A stretch of DNA of 56,961 bases, the filler included, from Sphacelaria rigidula (Eukaryota): NCBI GenBank assembly GCA_964200075.2. It is 4 parts of 4 records of this genome, joined end to end, with 100 filler letters (N's around TTAATTAATTAA, not from the genome) between each part and the next. Parts side by side here need not be neighbours in the genome. Positions count along the whole stretch, not along the records: positions 42,800 to 56,961 come from CAXNAA020002419.1; 3 more parts are not named here. One strand, 5' to 3'. Below are positions 49,001-56,961 of the stretch, one piece after another. Position numbers and translations under genes: made by a program. Each line of letters opens with the position of its first letter. Within the stretch, counting starts at the first letter, position 1. The notes beneath the pieces were generated by a model. The model was not told the DNA's origin. It saw only the letters and a list, made by a program, of their open reading frames with translations, and made no database searches.

Positions 49001-52000
49001 GGTGCGGGGTGCTCCTCGACGAAGTCGAGCACAGCGGTCAATTTTGGCAGTAGTGATAATATTGATACTAGCGCCCTGGGTGGCAGGAGCGAAAAAACGA
49101 AAGCGCCCTTGAGTCGAGGTTACCGGCGCGCTAACTCCGGCTTTGACGACGTCCTCATAGAGGGCTCAACGTCTCACGGGTCAAGTAGTAGCATTAACGC
49201 TGAGGATGGGAGCGGGGCAGTTGACGCCGGTGTCCGGGGGGATACACGAACGCGGGATACACCGCAAGTTGTGCGGGATGATCCCGCGTCTTCGTCGATC
49301 GCCGCTGAAACGGTGATGGATTCTGATTCAAAAAGCGCCATCGTTTCTTCGTCCCCTGCAGGAGAAACAGACGTGAAGGCTACGAAGAACGCAACATCGA
49401 CGCTAGCAGCTACGGACACGCTCGAAGACATTGCGCTAACGGGGGTCGTTGCTGATGCGCCGCCCGTCGCGAGATCTCCTCGAACGGTTCTCCGATCCGA
49501 GGTCGTTGTCGGGAATTCGACTGAAGCAACACGAACTTCGCTTGCCGAACGACACGAGGGGACGATGAAACAAGTATTTTCTTTGGAACACCAGAGATGG
49601 GTGTCATGCGGATTCAAGTCCGGGCTGGTCGTGGATATGCTCGGACCCGCTTCGTCCGTCCGTGCGGCTTTAGTTGACGCTGGCAGTGTGCTTGCCTTGG
49701 ACAGCCTCAACTACTTCTTGTGGAGGTACTTATCCCACAATCCGAAGACTAGTAACATCTGCCTTTGGTCATCGTTTAAAATATATTTTTCTTGCACCCG
49801 CAGTACCCAGGATTGCAAAGGAGGTATCATACGAGTTCCATCCTTTCAGAGGGTTCCCAGCACACAAATGATGGAATTTTCGCACAGCCTACCGACGACA
49901 CCTTGCGACACACGATTGTTTTTCCCTCACTTTCCTTTGGGTTAATTTTATACATCTCCAGATCTTTTGTCTTCGTTCGCAGCAATAATTCTACGGTTCA
50001 ATGCTCTGAGTCGAGATCTCTTCACCAGATATCACTGCTGGGAATAGAATATGTTTCTTGGAACCGGCCTCTGTCCTTCCCCCACACCTCTCCCATCGCT
50101 CCGCAGATATCCACAGTCGGCAACGAGAGTGGTGACAACGTTCGTGCGACGACAACACACCCCGCCGATCTACGCCGGAGAGGCCGGCTCTGGTGGCGGA
50201 GGAGATTTCTGCCCATTTCCCAGCCATGTCGGTCACCTGACGCGCTTGGTAGCGGACCTTTTGTGCCTCCCGCCGGTGGGATCGGCGGGAAATAAGACGT
50301 CATTTTCAGAAGAGGGCAAGGATGATGGCTCAGAACCCGGGGATATCTGCGCGCTTAGACTGGCAAGGCTCGAGGCGTGGAAACTACTGGACTCTCCGTA
50401 TGCGTTCCAGGAAATGGTTTCGTGTGCAGTGCTCGCTATGGACGCTGCGCAGCTCTACGCTCAGGGTCGGGGGCACCATCCTCACCTAGTGAGTTTTGAT
50501 ATTTTTGCAACATTGCGTGGACTTTCCATGGATAGATGAAACTGAGTGACGAGGGAGGTAACTATGATTCAGGGCATGCATCTGCGACATGGTGGTTTTT
50601 AGGGAATTGTCTCATGAACGGATGTATCTTCGACAAAGTTGTAAGCCTGAGGTGGCCAAGGAAAATAAAGTAACCCCCGTTGTTGTATACTTCAAAACCA
50701 TGTATCTGCAAGGTGCACCTGAGACGAGGACACCCTCCTGTTATGTACACATACTGGTCTATATATATATATATATATGTATCCCTCGTACTTCGTACCA
50801 TTCTTGCTTGTGCTATAGTATTGAGATCTTGCACCCCGCAACCTGAACGAGAGACTAAAAACCAATTCATCGGCAGAGCTGAGGTCGCGATTGCTGAACT
50901 CGCAACTAATTATTTTTCTCAACTTGGGAGGGGCATTTAGTCCGCGACGCAGTTGTCTGCGGAAGCGGGAGAATGTGCTCGAAATAGGATACTACTGTCG
51001 ATTCCAACCTTGTCAAGTTGCTCCCCGTCGTTCCCCACTACATAGTCATGTATGCAGGCATCCTAACACTTCCCATCGTCGTCGGAACATATAGTCGTCA
51101 GCTGTGAGACTAGAGGAGTGAAAAGAGGAAAATATATATATCATTGTCTTCAGGTGTGCGCGGTGGTTTGTTGTTGAGTTTGCGTTTTTGGGAGCTGCAG
51201 TATTAGTACGTTGCCCTGGGTCGAAGCCTTCGGGTATATGTTGGCGAATAGCACCCCAGTTCTACTTGTGGGTGAGTGTCTACAATGTGTGATGTAGGTA
51301 GTGGATGGGCTGCGAAACTGATGGGTTCAACGGTTTTTTCGCCATTTTTAGGGTTAACACGGCCGAGAGGATTCGTGAAAATCCTGAAGATGCCGCGGGA
51401 TACTTTTTGTGATATATTCCAGAACAGGTTTGTGACTGTTGGTATTTATGTCCCACTTCTTTTATTTACTTCCATTAGCGCGTAGCACGCCCCCCACAAA
51501 AAAACCCAAAGCTATCCACAAGCAAAACACCATCGCTGGCAGACAATGACATCTCGGGCATAGGGTCGGTGTCAATCCAGGGTTCTCTTCTTTTTGTGCG
51601 TTCGCAGGAGACGCCTCGCTTTCTATGGTATCCCAAAGGCGTTTCGAGGAACTTTCCTGGGAATGGTTATGCTGGTGTGGATCCCCTGTCTGAAGAGCTA
51701 TAATAGTGGTGGAGCTTGAACACCTGTACTGACGCGCATACACCGTCTCGCACTTGCTTTCCAATTTCGTTGATTTCTCATCATATGCACATGATAGTAC
51801 CAGGAAAGTCTCGTGGAAACCCGACGCATATTGCAAACCTGCCTACGTCACACCCCGGACAGCGTTGACTCCTTGTGGGCAGCGGCTACCGTCGAGGGAG
51901 GCATCTCTCTCGACCCAGCTGACACATCACCACCACCTGCTGCTGCAGATAGCACTGGCGGTAAAGTAGGTACGCGGGGTGGAGGGTTGGAAGATCCTAA

Positions 52001-54187
52001 CTTTGGTGGACAGGAAAGGGGGAATGCGGCACGAGAATCTGCAGCCGAGGAGTTGATGAGAGTCCTGGGATTGAGTGACCTTGCCGTGGAAGACGAAGAG
52101 CTGGGAAAGGGTAGATTCGGGTGAGATGGTTGATTTTCCAAAGGTCCCGACGGCGTGTTCGATGAGAGCGTGTTTTCGATGCGCTGCTCTTCAGTGGGGC
52201 ACTTTTGTCAACAGGCGACGGGATATCTTTTTATCCAAGATGGGGCAATCAAGTGAACCCGTCATGGATCATGGAATGCCACAGTATGCCGATATTGTTG
52301 GCAATTGCAGTACAGGTCAACGCACTGTCGTACTGTTGCTTGGGGTGCTTTGGGTATCCAGTGCACACCATGCATGTACAGCTTTAGCAAGGATCCCGGC
52401 AATTTCCTCTCCGACTGTGTATCCAAGAACGCGTACACGGCGTTACATTACCTACATGAAGACTGAGCACTATCGTGTTGTATATCTTCTTCCAACCATA
52501 CTTGCTGTCGGTCAAATGAAGACTTGGATGGCCAGGACGGTTCTACTTCCAGTCGCACACCGTCCAACCTCGCTTCGCATCACCGTTTCTTATTTTGCTG
52601 TCCACAACAGTGCAAGCCGTGGCATCCAACCTGAACATGCACGCAAGCCATCCTTCGCCAGTAGCAGCTATAACCGCACATCGTCCTATGGCGGATTGGA
52701 CAACATGTTGTCTGACAATCGCCTACCATCGGACGGGGTTCAGGGGGCTGGCGGCATCTCTCGAGGAGGCAGCGCAATGTCTCGGGACCCTAGCGGCGGT
52801 AATTGGTTACTCGGCGGCGAAGAGGGACGTACCGGGATGATTGACAGTATTGCGGGGGAGAACAATGGATTGCCGGGTCCGCTGGTGCTTGATATCGATG
52901 GATTCCGGGCCCAGCTTCTTCGTCCTTCTCAGGTGAGCTCACATGATGACTGGTGGTATGGTGTTAAGGTACCCTCAACTGCAGCGCAGGTGACCTCAGA
53001 AGCGATATATATAGCACCGAAAGGCCAAGCATGCGTACCACTTGTTGGGACATTATCTTTTGTGGCGGTGGCTCCAGCGCTTGCACGAGCACCATGAGAA
53101 AGTCCGTTGTCAGCGACAAGACTGTAGCTTAATGCGCGTGGGGCAGTATCCTGCTTGCCTACGAAGCACATGTTGTGCGGGTCTTCCTCTCTACCACGTC
53201 GAATGCTCGCGTACTTGAGCCCCGTTCTTTCGTGTCGGCATGTCTCTATGGTAGTGTCAACTTCCGCCACGACCCCAAAGATGTCCGTCCTTCATATACT
53301 GCACTAGTGTCTTACCTACCACGCGCGGATCGAACCGGTAATGCTGCCCGCAGATCCTCTCGGACGACAACGCCCGCGCACTCGCTGGGCGCCTACCCGA
53401 CACCGTATCTAGTTGCGATTGGGTAAACCTATACTCCGACGCTAGGCACGGTACCTCCCTCCAGACATTGCTGGCACGCTGCGACGGCTGGCAGCCCACT
53501 CTCGTCATCATAGGAGCTCGCTACTCCACAAGAGACCCCGCAGCGGCGGCCATCCCAGGATCTAGTGGGGAGGAAAAGATGATACCTCCAGGGGGGACGA
53601 GGGAGATGCCGGAGCGGGTGGCTACAAGGGTAATCGGTGACACTGTTGAAACTGCTGTGTTTGGTGGATTTGCGTCGGGTGCACCGTGGCAGCATGGTAA
53701 GGGCTTCTCCGGTGACGGCCGCAGTTTCCTCTTCTCGTTCAACGGCTCTTCTTCTACTAATATGTCATTATCGACGTCGTCATCGAGCCACGCGCGACCG
53801 CCGCAGGGATCAGTCACTACTTTTCACAGTCGAGCAGAAGCTGGTGGTGAAGGTAATCAAAATCTGCGAACGTACGCTTGGAGTGGCACGAACCGTTTCT
53901 TTATGATGTCAGACGAAAACGCGGGGCTCGGCATGGGAAGCGGGGGCAAATCGGGAGAGTTCGGATTCTTTGTGCAGAGTGATTTGAGGAAAGGCACCAC
54001 TGGGAGGTGCGAGACTTTCAACAATGACCCTTTGATCCCGACTCAAACGTCAACAGTAGAAACATCAGCCGGTAGTGGTGGCGGTGGCGGCGGTGGTACC
54101 TTTGACGTGACGTCAATTGAGGTTTGGGGCTTCCGGCACGCGCAGAGAAGCGCCTACGACGATTCTTCCTTGAGAACTGCCCTTTGA
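43026..54187 (+). CDS. Multidomain protein: RhoGAP-like + ELMO/CED-12-like + C-terminal TLDc domain (5'-partial, at least 1459 aa)
   Basis: Exons 43026-43388, 43961-44436, 44935-45051, 48157-49725, 50107-50488, 51804-52120, 52611-52932 and 53354-54187 splice GT-AG into 4380 nt with no stop until TGA. RhoGAP-like motifs: TAGIFS, HALAMALLFFLHRLPEPLLTF, LPWAHKPLLLALIDLL, FAPALLRP. ELMO-like motifs: HLAVVISIW, WVSCGFK...GSVLALDSLNYF, CPFPSHVGHLTRLVADLL, AFQEM. TLDc motifs: WVNLYSDARHGTSLQTL, VFGGFAS, GDGRSFLFSF, YAWSGTNRFF, CETFNNDPL, FDVTSIEVWGF. Confidence 0.8.
44816..44900 (-). mobile_element. Dispersed repeat family B copy
   Basis: gtgctccgtgtcgaaagggatgcgtgttcaacggtcaaatgaccaaggcaagcaacaaatgagtatac followed by a C-run. 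Confidence 0.8.
45715..46225 (+). repeat. Three degenerate about 55-bp direct repeats separated by about 140-200 bp of unique sequence
   Basis: agcaaaatcgtagcacgacagctaagtgcagga (about 45721), aggaaaccgtaccgtaacagctgagtgcagta (about 45911), agcaaaaccgtatcgcaacagctaagtgcagta (about 46169). Confidence 0.6.
53354..54187 (+). CDS. Terminal exon encoding a complete TLDc (OXR1/NCOA7/TBC1D24-type) domain
   Basis: All canonical TLDc motifs occur in order within one exon. Acceptor cgcag| at 53353, stop at 54185-54187. Confidence 0.92.
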   Translation: MLSDDNARALAGRLPDTVSSCDWVNLYSDARHGTSLQTLLARCDGWQPTLVIIGARYSTRDPAAAAIPGSSGEEKMIPPGGTREMPERVATRVIGDTVETAVFGGFASGAPWQHGKGFSGDGRSFLFSFNGSSSTNMSLSTSSSSHARPPQGSVTTFHSRAEAGGEGNQNLRTYAWSGTNRFFMMSDENAGLGMGSGGKSGEFGFFVQSDLRKGTTGRCETFNNDPLIPTQTSTVETSAGSGGGGGGGTFDVTSIEVWGFRHAQRSAYDDSSLRTAL

Positions 54188-55448
54188 AAAATAGGGAGGG
54201 TGTTGCGCGCAGTTCCAGAGAGCGCGAGTTTGTTGTGTGAACCCCGCGTCTATGCACCATGCTCTGTAGGATCATTTTAGCGTCCGGTTCTTCGTTTTGC
54301 CCGTAGTGACGGTGACAAAGTCTTGGTGAGTTTGAACACGGGCTGGAAACGTGCGGTTTGGGTGCATTGACCGCCATGCATTTTCTCCTCAAATTCAGTA
54401 AACCGCTACAATGAAGAAAGGGGTGTGACATGATTGGATAGTTAGCCATTTTTGAAGTCTTGTCCTTGTCCGTGACGCTCCGCGTGGGTCTAGCCCTCTA
54501 GTAATTTCCAGGTGATGGTCGCGTGTGCTACGTCTATGCACTTGATGCTCGAGGATGCTGGGTCGTATTATAGTAGTCTGCCCAAGGAAGAGGATGATGA
54601 ATAGTTCGTGCGTCGGTTCTCTATAAAATAGAATTTGGAGGGTAGTGTGGTGTGGAGCTGTCGCACTAGACTGACTCGCAGCGGATGCACTGTGGATGTC
54701 AACTTCTTGTCGTGCAGCAAAATGTCAAGGTCGTGTGGTTTTCACAGGTGGTTTTTTGGCCAAGGCAGGATTTACAGTATCTTTTGAACGCAGAGACCTA
54801 CGAGTACAAGGTCAAGATATTCCCTGGGGTATGGGACAGAGGGGTGTCGACTTCTCTTCGTATAATGTACAGCTTACCTACGGACTGGGGTGATCCACTT
54901 CAATTCCCGGAGTCTGGGCGCTGGGTATCAGGATGCGAGAAGTGAGGGTCCCAAGCTGAGTTCGTCCATGTGTGGTGTCACCCGAGGCCGATCACATGCA
55001 TGGAAACCCTCGCAATTCGATCAGTCACATCCCCAACGACCACTACCTCTCACGTATACGTTGCTGAGGGTGAGTGTAGGAACGTGCCGTGCATGTATGT
55101 TCCGTCCATGGGTTCTGCAGCGTAACGTATCCACGGCTGAGGATATGAATGTATCGAGTGTCCCGGACACGTGCCGGGCATGATTGTCCAGAAGGCGGAA
55201 GGGTGACAGGTGGTGCGCATGTATATTTGCCGATGGATAAGCACCCCTGAAGTACAGGTAACTGCAATGAATTAAAGCAATTAAATACTTGAAAGTTGTG
55301 CCCGTGTTGCCTACAAACGTTATCTACTTGCTGGGCGCAGAGTACAGTCGACACAGACAGTGCTACGTGACTTCAAGATGGATGGATTTTCTCCGACGCA
55401 GCAAATGAACAGTCATTTATTCATTGCATGGGTCTTAGATGAACGCGT

Positions 55449-55523
55449 TTAACCCTGACGCGAGGAGGGTTGGCCATCTGGATCATGCATACTTTTCTCA
55501 ATGGAAATTCATGCTTATTCAAC
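55449..55523 (+). mobile_element. Partial relative of the piggyBac-like MITE at 1288-1385
   Basis: TTAACCCT...ctggatcatgcatacttttctcaatggaaattcatgcttattcaac matches ctggatcatgcatacttttttttcacttgaaattgatgccgattcaac. Confidence 0.6.
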
Positions 55524-56961
55524 GGACATGCGTTCGTGATATGGGAGTCAAGAAGCTCATCGAACGACAGTTAACCATATGGGTTTCATTGGTTAACTAA
55601 AGAGTCCGCACTGAGTGTAAAACTGCGCTGCTGCCGTCATGGCTGGCACCTACGGATTTCTCCTTGAAAGAAGAAAACACCACCCCCACACGTTTCGAAA
55701 ATCAAAGAGAGGAGGGGGGTGATAATGGGTGGGGTCAGATTCGTACTAGGTGGTGGTGAGTATTTGGCTTCTACCATCAACTTGAGCTTATTCTGACTTG
55801 CATCAATAAGTTTGAGTGTAGTGTGTGCCGTGTATAACTGCTGCACGAGTCTAGTGTAGGTATGACAACTAGCTGACTCAACCTACTCCTTGGGCGCGCG
55901 GTTTCGATGAATGTCGACCTCTGAAAATTCTACACTTTTCGATGAGTTTGTGGCTGCTCAAGGCTCCCGCCGTAGCAGGAAGTCAAGGTACCGTCCAGTT
56001 GTCTCTACGCGCTGATGGTGGGCAAGCGAAGTGAGGGTGTACATAAATATGTGTGGGTGTGTGCGCACGTGCGCTTCTAAGGCAAAACTATCGAAGGAAA
56101 GCCCGCCCACCAAGTTGTACGTGCTGATTGAATTTTGCGAGTATATGCCTGACAGTGTGGTACGAACCAGGGAGGAAGTTAGTGGGCGCCCGGAGAATCA
56201 GGGCGCTTCGGGGTGCAGCGAAGATATTTCGGATGATCGCCCACTTGCCGCTGAGTTTGACCTTGAAGGCTGCCGATCATGTTGCACTGGGGATTGGGGC
56301 CAATGATTCAGGGGGAAACGGCACTGAGATGCTACCTGACAGCGGGTCAGATGTGGGACAAGGCAGCGAGGAGCCAAGAGGGCGAAGGCGGGGTTGCCAG
56401 AGAACTAAACGGAGTCAAACTTGTAGAGCGGTAGCGTATCAGATCTGTGGATACTCCTCCTGTACCTGATGTACAGTAATTGGGCTTGGTTGTGCTGTAG
56501 GTTGGGTTGGGCACAATGTACATAGTCTAAGGGCTTCAATCAATGTAGGAATACCTTTTCTGAAAAAAAATCGAAGGTACTTGTCACAAGCATCATGGCT
56601 AACATACGTGTTGAACCCATCAAGTGCAGCGTTCCCCGCATGAAATCCATGTTTTCGGAAGGCGTCCACGCGCCAGGATTGAGGGTAAAACGGTCCAAAA
56701 TAGCGTGTGATCCTCAAACATAGTGCCCTCGGGAGGTCCCCACGGCTAGCTCGTTGCTGCCTTCGGACGGATTGGCGCGTGCCGATAGATAAGACTCTTC
56801 CAGAAAACCGCTCTCACTGCAATCTTCTCCAGCAGCGGTTGGTTGGTGCTTGATTGTTGCCACGCATTTATACCAGCATGTTCACTTGAGGTATAAACAG
56901 CCAATCATCTATGTTGAGGATGGTGCTTTTGATTGAGGATGAGAACCCGAAGGATTAAAAT

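Noticed and set aside
4613-54187. Possible functional cluster (dynein adaptor, EF-Ts, ZNFX1, GAP-TLDc)
   Set aside because: The genes lie on four separate concatenated contigs, so co-location is an artefact.
54600-56961. Short ORFs downstream of the TLDc gene (similar cases at 25600-26950 and 31800-32900)
   Set aside because: No recognisable motif or consistent splice chain. Possibly decayed transposon or viral sequence, but not identifiable by eye.

Overview
Eukaryotic, intron-rich genomic DNA, most likely from a brown alga (Phaeophyceae/stramenopile); this assignment is inferred from gene structure and composition, not from a search. The window is not one locus. It is four contigs (1-14168, 14269-28435, 28536-42699, 42800-56961; lengths 14168/14167/14164/14162, descending) joined by artificial 100-nt N44-TTAATTAATTAA-N44 spacers, so adjacency across spacers is meaningless. 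Manual GT-AG splicing with phase checks gives six genes: (1) the first exon of a TB2/DP1/HVA22 (REEP/Yop1)-like gene; (2) a 4-exon, 818-aa coiled-coil protein with a HAP1/TRAK-like AAxxG (CC1-box) motif; (3) a low-complexity coiled-coil gene; (4) exon 1 of mitochondrial EF-Ts; (5) 14 consecutive exons of a ZNFX1-like SF1 RNA helicase with NF-X1 zinc fingers; (6) an 8-exon, at least 1459-aa protein that appears to fuse a RhoGAP-like, an ELMO-like and a TLDc domain, with both GAP catalytic arginines apparently lost. Introns and intergenic DNA hold several MITE-like elements, two long hairpins, and a very abundant pair of related repeats. These repeats share one fixed end anchored on a G/C homopolymer, are variably truncated at the other end, and often point at a nearby splice site.
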